DNA of 56,286 nucleotides from the IMG/VR virus record IMGVR_UViG_3300047548_001281, positions 1-56,286 of that record; one strand, given 5' to 3'. This DNA comes from a virus. Lineage: Duplodnaviria; Caudoviricetes. The notes under the pieces were generated by a model, which was not told the origin of the DNA, did no database searches, and saw only the letters and a list, made by a program, of their open reading frames with translations. Of this stretch, positions 27,355-36,474 are shown piece by piece. Positions within the stretch are counted from its first letter, which is position 1, and every line of letters starts with the position of its first letter. The translations under genes were made by a program, and so were the position numbers.

Positions 27355-27954
27355 ATGTACTTATCATTGTGTGATAATGGATGTGGAAATACATCTATAC
27401 GTTTTACCAAAAAGGGTAAAGCAGTTTGTTCTATTAGGCCTGCGGGCTGCCCTGCTGTATTACAGAAAATGAAAGAAACAAGCTTACAGCGATACGGAGT
27501 GCCTAACGCAAGTTCATCTTCCATTTGTAAGGAACAGCGTAGGCAAAAGGTGTTACAAAAATACGGTGTTGATAACGTGTCCAAAGCACCAATCATTAAG
27601 CAGAGATTATCTAAACAAAAAGAAACATACTGGAATGCTGTTTACGATAATAAGAAATTTACTGTTGAGGGACTAACCCGAAACCAATACAGGCACAGGT
27701 GCCAACAGTATGCCAATACTCAATACGAACGCTATAAAAATTTATTAGACCCTGATAATCAGCGCGGCAAGCATTGGCATTTAGACCACATTTATAGTGT
27801 AACAGATGGCTTCTTAAACGATGTTCCGATAAACATTATTTCAGACATTTCCAATCTAAGGCTTATTAGCGATAAAGAAAATTATAAAAAACACAAAAAA
27901 TCAGAAAAAACCCTCGAAGAACTTTACGAGGGTTTCCTAAACAAAAATAGTTAG
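27355..27954 (+). mobile_element. free-standing HNH-type homing endonuclease
   Basis: N-terminal Cys cluster, (R/K)YGV.N repeats, WHLDHIYS...NLRLI...N..K; ATG at 27355 has an AGGAG SD. Confidence 0.72.
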
Positions 27955-29252
27955 TTTTTGTGGTCGTTATAAAGCGCGTATTGCCCAAAAGGAGGGTTCG
28001 GATTCGGATCACCATGAATGATCCAGGTTGTGTCACAAAAATCCGGATCACCCCAACTTCCTGCCGGGTAGCCGTCAGTGAAAACGATTAGACGTTTAGG
28101 AGCACGACCTTGTTCCTTAAGATGATCGAAGATCACCGTAAAGTCAGTACCCCCGCCACCTTTAGGTTCGTAGTTTTCAACCGTGTCCATATTCTCGCTA
28201 GTAAAGTCCTGAGGATTGTAGACCGCAGTATCGAAACAGAATACGTGGACTTTATAGCCGTCGAACGATTCCATCATGCCAGCAATCTCACCCAGGAATG
28301 CCTGAGCCTGTTTGTTGCTGATAGAACCCGACATGTCGATTGCCACATCAACGTCGATTTCCTCACCAGGAGTCATGCCAGGCATGATAGCATCCATGTG
28401 CCAACCGCGGCGCGAAGGACGCATCCAAGAGTAGTCAGTACGAATAGCCGAAGTCAGGTTAGTCTGAATCAGTTCGCGCCACGGCATGATCGGGCTAGTA
28501 ATCTGTTTAATCATGCGCTCGACACCTGCGGGGAGAGTACCTGCTTCCGCAGACTGGGCGGCGTTCAGAATAGCCTGCTTGACTTCCTGACGTACCCGCT
28601 CCTTCTCTTCATCAGACATTTTAGGACGCTTGCCGCGGCCCTTGCCTTCCTTGTCACCGCCGTCGCTATCGCCCTCACCGTCATCATCGCCATCCATGTG
28701 ATCGTCTAGCATTTGGTCTAGAAGATCATCAATGGAGATTTTTTGTACGTTTTTCATCAGGTCATCATAGATTTCCTCGGCAGACTTGCCCTCGTACTTT
28801 TTTTCGTAGAGACAAGGAACCGTAGTGATGAATTGACCTACCTGATGTTTTTTGAGGTCAGCGTTGACCGCATAGTCGTCGGCGATGTTCCAAATCTGAG
28901 GGTCGCGATTCTCGCGGCGGCCCATGTGATCGTAGACCACGTGAAGAACCTCGTGCCCTACTAGAAACTCAACCTCTTTAGGCTTGAGCATCATAATAAA
29001 GCGGCTGTTGTAATAGAATTTTAAACCGTCAGTAGCCGCAGTACCGCACCATTCATCAGCATTGACCAGTTGCAGGCGAGTCGCCAGATTGCCAAAGAAT
29101 GATTGACGTAGCAGTAGACCAATACGAGCCGTAATCAGCCGCTCGCGGGCCTGATGATCGACCTTGGGGTCAGTGGGGCCGACAAGCTTGTCGAATTTCT
29201 TGTTACGCTTACGCTTGCCATCGATTACTTCGGACATTTTGACTGCTCGCAT
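27951..29252 (-). CDS. HEXXH metallopeptidase-like plus vWA domain protein (DUF2201-like)
   Basis: TAATDG, HEVLH, DMSGS MIDAS, GGGGTDF, FTDGY. Confidence 0.88.
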   Translation of the reverse strand: MRAVKMSEVIDGKRKRNKKFDKLVGPTDPKVDHQARERLITARIGLLLRQSFFGNLATRLQLVNADEWCGTAATDGLKFYYNSRFIMMLKPKEVEFLVGHEVLHVVYDHMGRRENRDPQIWNIADDYAVNADLKKHQVGQFITTVPCLYEKKYEGKSAEEIYDDLMKNVQKISIDDLLDQMLDDHMDGDDDGEGDSDGGDKEGKGRGKRPKMSDEEKERVRQEVKQAILNAAQSAEAGTLPAGVERMIKQITSPIMPWRELIQTNLTSAIRTDYSWMRPSRRGWHMDAIMPGMTPGEEIDVDVAIDMSGSISNKQAQAFLGEIAGMMESFDGYKVHVFCFDTAVYNPQDFTSENMDTVENYEPKGGGGTDFTVIFDHLKEQGRAPKRLIVFTDGYPAGSWGDPDFCDTTWIIHGDPNPNPPFGQYALYNDHKN

Positions 29253-29278
29253 ATAGATACTCCTGTTAGAATACTGCT

Positions 29279-29307
29279 ATTTTAGCAAAAAGACTATTTA
29301 TTGTCAA
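29279..29307 (-). promoter_or_regulatory. sigma70-type promoter overlapping the nadE stop
   Basis: TTGACA-17-TAAAAT. Confidence 0.6.
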
Positions 29308-30074
29308 ATCTTAGGAAAGACACATACAGGAATTGGATTCATCTTATGGATATTTCGGGCACGGATTTCACGATATTTCTTGAGATTTGCCTTTTCTGTT
29401 TTATCCTTGGGAGTTTGCCCAGTTTCATCTAGCACCATTGCAACTTCTAATTCTGAGTAAGTCATCCCCAATTGAGTTTCATCGGTGCGTCCATCGTCCC
29501 ATAAACCATCGGTTGGAGGTGCATCAATAATACTTTGGGGTACTCCTAATTCACGACCCATATCCCAAACTTCAGTTTTCATGCAATCACCAATAGGCGA
29601 GATATCTACACCACCGTCTCCGTATTTGGTAAAGAATCCTACACCAAAATCTTCAACCTTGTTTCCTGTCCCTACTACGATACCTCCGACACTTTGAGCG
29701 ATTTGGTATAATGTAGTCATACGCAACCTGGCACGTGAATTGGCAAATGCCAACTTGCTATCATAGGCAATTCCCGCAGTTTTCTTTTCAAAGGCAGTAA
29801 ACACTGGTGTTAGGTCAATGTTCAGATGGACAACATTCTTAAAGTTTGTTGTTAGAAACTTTGCCTGCTCCAACGAAAGGTTGTGTAGTTTTTTATTCTG
29901 CCTAATTGGCATGGTTACTATGGTAACAGGTAAACCAGTTCTAGCACATAGTGTAGACACTACCGCTGAATCTATTCCACCCGACACTCCGACAACCAAT
30001 TCCTTAATTTTATTTTGCTTGGCGTAGTCTTTAATCCATTTTGTGATAAATTTTGCCCTATCTTTTGTTAACAT
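29304..30074 (-). CDS. nadE: NH3-dependent NAD+ synthetase
   Basis: GVSGGIDSAV, N.RARLRM, GTGNKVE, FTKYGDGG, PTDGLW. Confidence 0.93.
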   Translation of the reverse strand: MLTKDRAKFITKWIKDYAKQNKIKELVVGVSGGIDSAVVSTLCARTGLPVTIVTMPIRQNKKLHNLSLEQAKFLTTNFKNVVHLNIDLTPVFTAFEKKTAGIAYDSKLAFANSRARLRMTTLYQIAQSVGGIVVGTGNKVEDFGVGFFTKYGDGGVDISPIGDCMKTEVWDMGRELGVPQSIIDAPPTDGLWDDGRTDETQLGMTYSELEVAMVLDETGQTPKDKTEKANLKKYREIRARNIHKMNPIPVCVFPKI

Positions 30075-30133
30075 AATTTTCTCCTATGATAATAATTATG
30101 CCGACATCCTTATAAGGCAAAATTTGTTCTATT

Positions 30134-30295
30134 TTAGTGCAGGGTGTTTGGGAAAGTAGAATTAGATTCCTCAGCAGAAATGGATGTGTAATTTCCCTGT
30201 TTGATAGCTTCAACGATTTGCTTAGTAAGGTCGTCCAATTCTTCCTGGGTACCTGTAAATGATTCTAGAAATTCTTTAGAAAACACGATTTTCAT
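30134..30295 (-). CDS. small hypothetical protein
   Basis: ORF from MKIVFSKEF. Confidence 0.5.
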   Translation of the reverse strand: MKIVFSKEFLESFTGTQEELDDLTKQIVEAIKQGNYTSISAEESNSTFPNTLH

Positions 30296-30378
30296 TTTTA
30301 TAGTTTCCTGAATAAAAAGGGTGAGGTCACCCCCACCCAAAGAGTCAGCAAATTACTGACTCTAGAGTAAGCAACTTA

Positions 30379-31476
30379 TTAGTTGCCTGCTTCGACAATG
30401 TATTTGCCGAATTTCTTGTGGAACTCATCGAAGTTTTTAAGCTGCGAGGGCTCCATCGGCAGTTTGTAAGTCTTGAGTGCAATCTTAGCACCCATGACAA
30501 CAAGTTCCGTTTCAAAGTTGTCCATGATGTAGCGGAAGAAGTTGTCCGCCATAGCATGAAACTCCTTGCTATTGACCCGCTTGTTATCCAGTGCATCCTT
30601 CAGTTCGTAGCACATGGCAATCGTTAGTGCGTACATGGCTGAGATTTCCTTGACAGCCAGATCGCGGACCTTACCCGAGAGAATGTCCTGCGGCTCGGGC
30701 ATCTTGCCTGCGTGACGGCGATGCGCCGCAAACTTGACTGCCAGACCCTCACCCACAGAACCTGCGATCAGGTTGAACAGAGTGTCCGAGTCGGTGTTGT
30801 CCTCGTCCTTGAGCAGGTCGCTTACGAACACCCAGCTACGCGGGGTAGCGAAAGCACGGCTTGAGCCCTTGCTATCGAAGTCATACAGGTCCTGCTTTGC
30901 GAAGGACAGATAACCAACCACGTCCTTGTGAATGCCTTTGTTGACTGCCCAAGTCTGCCATGACGCGAAGTCAGGGCGCATTTCGAGGTGAACGAAACGA
31001 TTCGCCAGGGGCATCGGCATACGATACGTGACACCTTTGTCACTATCACGGTTACCTGCTGCTACGATTACCACATTGTCGGGAAGCGTATACTTGCCGA
31101 CGCGGCGATTGAGAACCAGCTGATAGCCGGCTGCCTGAACCGCGGGGGGCGCGGAATTCATTTCATCGAGGAACAGAACCACGACAGGATACTGCGAAGC
31201 CAGTTCCTCGTCAGGCAGATCAACTGGTGGCGCCCAGTCCATCTTGCCCAGATCCTTGTTGAAGAAGGGGATACCGCGAATGTCAGTAGGCTCCATCTGA
31301 GCCATACGAAGGTCGATCATAAGACCACCTAGTTCATCGGTAATCTCCTGAACGGTCTCGGACTTGCCGATACCCGGGGGACCCCAGATAAAGATGGGAC
31401 GACGGGCTTTGAATGCCGTCATAAGAGCCTTGCGGGCTTGTACAGAAGTTACGGTCAGATTGTCAGTAGCAGCCAT
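30379..31476 (-). CDS. MoxR-related AAA+ ATPase
   Basis: GPPGIGKS, LFLDEMN, AAGN, LANRF, TPRSW. Confidence 0.9.
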   Translation of the reverse strand: MAATDNLTVTSVQARKALMTAFKARRPIFIWGPPGIGKSETVQEITDELGGLMIDLRMAQMEPTDIRGIPFFNKDLGKMDWAPPVDLPDEELASQYPVVVLFLDEMNSAPPAVQAAGYQLVLNRRVGKYTLPDNVVIVAAGNRDSDKGVTYRMPMPLANRFVHLEMRPDFASWQTWAVNKGIHKDVVGYLSFAKQDLYDFDSKGSSRAFATPRSWVFVSDLLKDEDNTDSDTLFNLIAGSVGEGLAVKFAAHRRHAGKMPEPQDILSGKVRDLAVKEISAMYALTIAMCYELKDALDNKRVNSKEFHAMADNFFRYIMDNFETELVVMGAKIALKTYKLPMEPSQLKNFDEFHKKFGKYIVEAGN

Positions 31477-31507
31477 TGCTTACTCCTTGTTGTAAATGTG
31501 AAGTGAT

Positions 31508-31536
31508 ACTATACTATGGGGACGATTTATTGTCAA
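31508..31536 (-). promoter_or_regulatory. sigma70-type promoter
   Basis: TTGACA-17-TATAGT. Confidence 0.65.
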
Positions 31537-31554
31537 TCTATCCTGTTGCCCAAA

Positions 31555-31884
31555 TCAGGCACCAGTCCAAGTAACGTTATAGTTGCCCGTGATGACGTTG
31601 CCACGCGCGAAGTTGCGAGCAGGTGCTGCCCACGATGCCGCTTTCAGGATGTCGCCATTTTTGAATTTGGCGTCAGCCTTGATGACCACGAAAGAGTGAA
31701 CCGATCCACGGCTGACCACTTTTAGGTATTTGGTACCCTCGACTACGTGGAGCTTGGCATCAAATTCGGCTTCCATGTCAGCCACAATTTTTTGCTGTTC
31801 CGGGGTCATGTTGCGACCCGAGTTCCACTTACGAAAGTCAGCCTTGATAGCTGCCAGATACCGATCCATTTCCTGCTTGAGCAT
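31555..31884 (-). CDS. phage hypothetical protein
   Basis: KY.KV...SVHSFV...GDILKAASW.APA.N..RGN; AGGAG SD. Confidence 0.75.
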   Translation of the reverse strand: MLKQEMDRYLAAIKADFRKWNSGRNMTPEQQKIVADMEAEFDAKLHVVEGTKYLKVVSRGSVHSFVVIKADAKFKNGDILKAASWAAPARNFARGNVITGNYNVTWTGA

Positions 31885-31900
31885 GAAAAACTCCTAAGAT

Positions 31901-31945
31901 TTCAGCGTATAACCGTATTATACACGGAATGGTATTATTTGTCAA
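31901..31945 (-). promoter_or_regulatory. sigma70 promoter with conserved leader
   Basis: TTGACA-17-TATAAT followed by ACGGTTATACGCTGAA. Confidence 0.78.
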
Positions 31946-31947
31946 AT

Positions 31948-33396
31948 TTATTGACCTAGAAGTTTTTTACCTTTAAATAGTATTGGTTTGTTATTATTTG
32001 ATACGCTCCAATACAACAAGTCACGAACCCCATCATTATCGAAATCTTCATACAAAGACGTAGTATTATTATACTGGGCTGCAGGAAAGATCGAAGAATC
32101 TAGTTTTACTAGCTTACCTTGTTTATTATTGAGGTAGACAATAATGCTCTCTGCCATATTTTGCCAAAGAGGATAAACTACAATATCATCGTAACCATCA
32201 GCATTGACATCAGAACAATTCATGTAGTTAAAATTAACTCGCGTCACCTCATTTTCAATGATAGACGGGAGGCGATTAGTGAGATTATCTAATTTATAAC
32301 TGTTTAAAGTAACTATGGTTTGATTGTAGGTGTCATTTTGAACAATTGTTGTCCCACTTACGTAGTTTGTAAGTACAGCAGCATTATATTTACCCACAAA
32401 AATAGTTTCATTCGGGTTGATTTTAAGAAAACAGGATTCATCGTAACCCGCAGCCACATGTAAATCAGTACCTACGTTGGTGGCAAATACGCTACCTAAG
32501 CTATTGTTCCATCCCAAATACGATACAAAAGTTCCTGTAACCAGTCGCTCACTTGTTTTAGACCACACACCGTTAATCAATTCATATTTAGCCAAACTTG
32601 CTGGATTTCCTGGATAAGTATTGTCTGTGTTAGTGATAATCGTTTTACCATCTGCCCTTGCCCTAAAAGTAGAGGCAGAAACATTAGGATACTGATCGCT
32701 CACTGCTACCCATGAACCGTCCATAAATCGGAATGCTTGCTTGGGTCCTGAAAAACCCGCAAAAATTACATCATTGCCTGTTATAGTTTTGACTGCTTCA
32801 ACACTGTGAAACCAATTTGGTGTACCTAAGGTATCTACCTTATATTTGCCATTTCCTTGAGAAAGCATAACTACCGATGTAGCAAATTGCGAAGAGGTAT
32901 CTGAATTGACTTCTCTACCATCTTCTCTATTAACAGCATACGCAAGATCAGGATAACCGTCGTTATTGAAGTCAGAAACAATAACTTTTCGGCTAGCAGC
33001 GTAAAATCTCACGTTTGCCGTCCCGAAAATCTGTTCGTTGGCGTATTTAAACGAACCATCAGGCCTCTGTAAGAAAACTGCAAGTGAGTCATCTGTAGGA
33101 TCAGATTTTGGCAGTCCCATAGCCTCACCTCCCACACCACACCACATGTGGACAACTAAATCTTTTTTACCATCATTATTTAAGTCAACAGCAGAAACCA
33201 TAGGTTGAGCACCTAGGCAACGTTTTTCTACTGGAAAAAAATAATCCTGAAAAGGGGGTAATAGTACGGGAACTGAACTAAAAGTAGCGTTTATTTCAGG
33301 AATAGGGTCAATGGGGCTTTCAGATGGACCACTATTGCCACCTCCACACCCATAAAGGGCAGCAATAATTGCTAAAGCAAGCATTTTAAGTTTCAT
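31948..33396 (-). CDS. FG-GAP/VCBS-repeat lipoprotein
   Basis: Lipobox LYGC-GGG; DLNNDGKKDL, DFNNDGYPDL, DVNADGYDDI, DFDNDGVRDL repeats. Confidence 0.85.
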   Translation of the reverse strand: MKLKMLALAIIAALYGCGGGNSGPSESPIDPIPEINATFSSVPVLLPPFQDYFFPVEKRCLGAQPMVSAVDLNNDGKKDLVVHMWCGVGGEAMGLPKSDPTDDSLAVFLQRPDGSFKYANEQIFGTANVRFYAASRKVIVSDFNNDGYPDLAYAVNREDGREVNSDTSSQFATSVVMLSQGNGKYKVDTLGTPNWFHSVEAVKTITGNDVIFAGFSGPKQAFRFMDGSWVAVSDQYPNVSASTFRARADGKTIITNTDNTYPGNPASLAKYELINGVWSKTSERLVTGTFVSYLGWNNSLGSVFATNVGTDLHVAAGYDESCFLKINPNETIFVGKYNAAVLTNYVSGTTIVQNDTYNQTIVTLNSYKLDNLTNRLPSIIENEVTRVNFNYMNCSDVNADGYDDIVVYPLWQNMAESIIVYLNNKQGKLVKLDSSIFPAAQYNNTTSLYEDFDNDGVRDLLYWSVSNNNKPILFKGKKLLGQ

Positions 33397-33616
33397 AGAA
33401 AATCTCCCCAATTATTTACAATAACTAATTGTATTAGTATTTGGTATTTATTGTCAAATTCGGCAAACTTCTTTGATGTCCGCAGCGGGCCTACTTTGCT
33501 CAACCATTTTCATCCTACATTCATGTTGAAGTTTTTGTTCATTATGAAGGCCCCACCCCAACATACCAAAAAATAATACCATAAGTGCCATAAAGGCTAA
33601 AAGCATCCAATCAGGT

Positions 33617-34513
33617 TTACCCATTTTTGTTCTCCAAAAAGTTACGAACCCATGTTAGGCGTTCTTGTTCAGACATTGCCGTATACTCTGTAATGTTAGC
33701 ACGGATAGCATCGATCAAAGGATAATATTCCTCATCAACCACTTCCTTGAAGGCGTTTGTCATCAACTTGTCAGTTTTGGGATTGCGAGCAACCCACTTC
33801 TTTACCAAGTAATAAGGCGACTTGATTTTGGCCGACACACCTTCGTTTGTATAGAATACAAAACCTTCATGGCGCGCGCCCTTAACTTGTTCCATCAGCC
33901 AACCAACTCTTGTACGATGGTGTTCAACAGGCAATGTACCAAAATCCATTGCCAACATACGAAGCAATTTAGGATTTGGATTAACCGGGCTGTCATCCCA
34001 AGATTTGGCACGATAACCGATCAGGTACATACCTTCCTTTTCAGGGATGATATGCGGATCATTATGATGCACGCATTCAAACATAAACGTGGTGTTGTAC
34101 CATTCACGGCATACTTTGCGATAGGATTCTACATCAATCAGTTCCCTAGCCATTTTTACATAGTCGGAATCTGTCGATCCCGTAGTAGACACAAGGATGT
34201 CATTATTGTGCCAAGTCACTGCAACCATAAAGCCATTAACTTTACGGTAGGCATCAACTTCAGTATAAAGATCCAACACAGGCGCCTTGTCCTCTACACC
34301 ATAGTTATAGATTTTGGTGAAGGGACGAGACACTACATTGAAGTCGGCATCAACAATGGTACCGCGACATTCTTCTAGTAACTTGTTCCATAGGTTTTCC
34401 CAAAATACTCGCTTGGAGTATTTCAGAACATAGATGCCCTCGCCAGCAGGCTTCATTGAAACCAGCTTGGGATTCGCCGCTACAAATTTACGCAAATCTT
34501 GTTTGTCCATCAT
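33617..34513 (-). CDS. RNA ligase (Rnl1-like)
   Basis: ECRG, PFTKIYN, KVNG motif I, TFMFE, EGFV, KIKS. Confidence 0.82.
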   Translation of the reverse strand: MMDKQDLRKFVAANPKLVSMKPAGEGIYVLKYSKRVFWENLWNKLLEECRGTIVDADFNVVSRPFTKIYNYGVEDKAPVLDLYTEVDAYRKVNGFMVAVTWHNNDILVSTTGSTDSDYVKMARELIDVESYRKVCREWYNTTFMFECVHHNDPHIIPEKEGMYLIGYRAKSWDDSPVNPNPKLLRMLAMDFGTLPVEHHRTRVGWLMEQVKGARHEGFVFYTNEGVSAKIKSPYYLVKKWVARNPKTDKLMTNAFKEVVDEEYYPLIDAIRANITEYTAMSEQERLTWVRNFLENKNG

Positions 34514-34743
34514 ACACCAAAGTATCTTAGAACACGCTCCATCGCCTTGATATCACTAACGTGATCCATGTAATCTCGCTTTTGATACTCAGCCAAATCT
34601 CCTTGCTCCATCAAGGATTCTAGTGCTTCTGCTTGTTCAGTAAGCCTGCTAAGACAATCTTTTAGATTTGCCACTGTAATACGATCGGCTGTTTCCCAAT
34701 CAATTGTCAAGCCAACTTCTAAATCTTTTTTATCTTCACTCAT
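34510..34743 (-). CDS. hypothetical protein
   Basis: ORF from MSEDKK, coupled to neighbours. Confidence 0.6.
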   Translation of the reverse strand: MSEDKKDLEVGLTIDWETADRITVANLKDCLSRLTEQAEALESLMEQGDLAEYQKRDYMDHVSDIKAMERVLRYFGV

Positions 34744-35158
34744 TAAAAAGCTCCTGAATGTCATACTGAAAACGATCCCTCATACGCTTAAGCGTTTCTT
34801 CGGGGACATTGTGTACGTTGGCGAACTGATTCTGAGCCACGATCATCGTGGGCACGATGCCGAATCGTTTAGCAATTTCGAAATAAGGGCGCAGTTCCTT
34901 GACGGTCGTAAAGGTGTTTGAAACAATCACGCTGTTCCCTCTAGCCAAAGCCTTGTCTGTCATGTTTTGACACCAAGTATGTGCTGCATGAAGTTTGGTA
35001 GCATCAAACTGATAAACACCCTCCTTCATGAAATACATGTCCGCTTCAATGTGAAGCGAATCGCTAAGGGCATCGGCGAGGAGGCGAGCAATCGTGCTTT
35101 TGCCTGAGCCTGGAATACCGCGAACTAGAATCAGTCGTGCCATTTTAAATTTTAACAA
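34736..35158 (-). CDS. P-loop kinase (AAA_33 / polynucleotide kinase-like)
   Basis: RGIPGSGKST, EADMYF, VSNTFT, HNVP; start may be 35143. Confidence 0.82.
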   Translation of the reverse strand: MLKFKMARLILVRGIPGSGKSTIARLLADALSDSLHIEADMYFMKEGVYQFDATKLHAAHTWCQNMTDKALARGNSVIVSNTFTTVKELRPYFEIAKRFGIVPTMIVAQNQFANVHNVPEETLKRMRDRFQYDIQELFNE

Positions 35159-35166
35159 TTTTTAAT

Positions 35167-35195
35167 ATTGTAGTAAATTATGGATTTATTGTCAA
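35167..35195 (-). promoter_or_regulatory. sigma70-type promoter overlapping a stop codon
   Basis: TTGACA-17-TACAAT. Confidence 0.65.
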
Positions 35196-35749
35196 AGTAC
35201 AGGACCTGTGTGGTGCCCCTTGATTTCACCTTGTAGGGCGCTGGCGATCAAATCTTCCATTAGGGTAACCACATTGCCAGTTGCGTCGAATCCAGCATCA
35301 CGGGCACGAAACTTTTCCAACCCACTATGATTGCCATGAAGATGTCCATGGAAATGTAGTGACCCACGATGCATACGGTCCCATTCACAGATAGGATAGT
35401 GCATCATCACAATGTAGTTGCCATTGTAGTTCAGTTCCAAATAGTTGTGGATTTCCAGAAACTGAGCAGAGAATGATTCGTTTTTCAGATTTTTACGGTC
35501 ATGGTTACCCGCAACCAAAATCTTGTGCCCATTCAAACGTGCAACAGTTTCCGCAGCTACTTGAGGATTCTGAAACGAAACGTCGCCTAGAATATAAACC
35601 TTATCCCCAGCGGATACATTGGTATTCCATTGTGAGATCATGTCCTCATTCATTTGAGCAGTGCTTTTATAATGCCCGCGAGTTTTTGGGCAGAATTCGC
35701 GGATGCGTTCATGCCCAAAGTGCAAGTCTGATGTAATCCAAGTTTTCAT
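35192..35749 (-). CDS. calcineurin-like metallophosphoesterase
   Basis: SDLHFGH, LGD, GNHD, HGHLH. Confidence 0.9.
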   Translation of the reverse strand: MKTWITSDLHFGHERIREFCPKTRGHYKSTAQMNEDMISQWNTNVSAGDKVYILGDVSFQNPQVAAETVARLNGHKILVAGNHDRKNLKNESFSAQFLEIHNYLELNYNGNYIVMMHYPICEWDRMHRGSLHFHGHLHGNHSGLEKFRARDAGFDATGNVVTLMEDLIASALQGEIKGHHTGPVL

Positions 35750-35752
35750 TTG

Positions 35753-36007
35753 TCATTTCATCAGTTTGGCCATGATTACTAGTTTTTCTAACCTATCAAT
35801 GGCATAGTTGATGGATTCCAGTTTTTCTCTATAGAGGACCGTGCTCCTAGTCCTGCGCGCCTCTACCTCAATTTTAGACAGTTCAGATACCATTTTATCA
35901 ATGTTACCCAACATTCTATACAGGTCAGCATTGTGGCCAACTGCATTCATTTCTAAACGCAGTTTCCTATATACTTCTTGCCAATCTGTAGAAATTTCAA
36001 TTTTCAT
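35753..36007 (-). CDS. hypothetical protein
   Basis: ORF after a promoter at 36014-36042. Confidence 0.65.
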   Translation of the reverse strand: MKIEISTDWQEVYRKLRLEMNAVGHNADLYRMLGNIDKMVSELSKIEVEARRTRSTVLYREKLESINYAIDRLEKLVIMAKLMK

Positions 36008-36046
36008 GTCAATATTCTAACAGATCGTAGAATTATTGTCAAATGA

Positions 36047-36337
36047 TTAAATTCCTTTGAAAAAAAGTTGACTATCTTTTCCCACACCTAGTACACATCC
36101 TAATTTATCATTGAATTGTATGAGCGCCCAAGATTTGTCCTTGTTTACCACTAACAAATATTTTGATTTGCCATCAGGTGCTGTACCTGCCCATTTAGGT
36201 TCGTCGCCTAGTTCCTTTATTTCTTTTAGTAATTGGTCAACGGGGAAACAAATAACAGGTTTAGGTACTTCCACTTGGGCGCCGGCTATAGAGCTTGTTA
36301 GGCAGAATAGGGGCGCCATTATAATTTTCTTAATCAT
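36047..36337 (-). CDS. small secreted protein
   Basis: Signal peptide MIKKIIMAPLFCLTSSIAGA; KPVIC...CVLGVG. Confidence 0.72.
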   Translation of the reverse strand: MIKKIIMAPLFCLTSSIAGAQVEVPKPVICFPVDQLLKEIKELGDEPKWAGTAPDGKSKYLLVVNKDKSWALIQFNDKLGCVLGVGKDSQLFFKGI

Positions 36338-36353
36338 TTTGGCCCCTTTAAAA
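36284..36353. repeat. 70-bp exact direct repeat, copy 1
   Basis: Identical to 40001-40070. Confidence 0.92.
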
Positions 36354-36377
36354 GTGTATTTATTCAGATACCGTGCG

Positions 36378-36398
36378 GAAAGCCCTTTAAGGGCTTTC
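36378..36398 (-). terminator. hairpin/terminator after the autotransporter
   Basis: GAAAGCCC-tttaa-GGGCTTTC. Confidence 0.55.
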
Positions 36399-36474
36399 CA
36401 CATTCCCAAACATCCAAATTTTAAAAGTATATTGTAACCTAAAATGTTACTACATAACTCCTTTGATAGACTGA

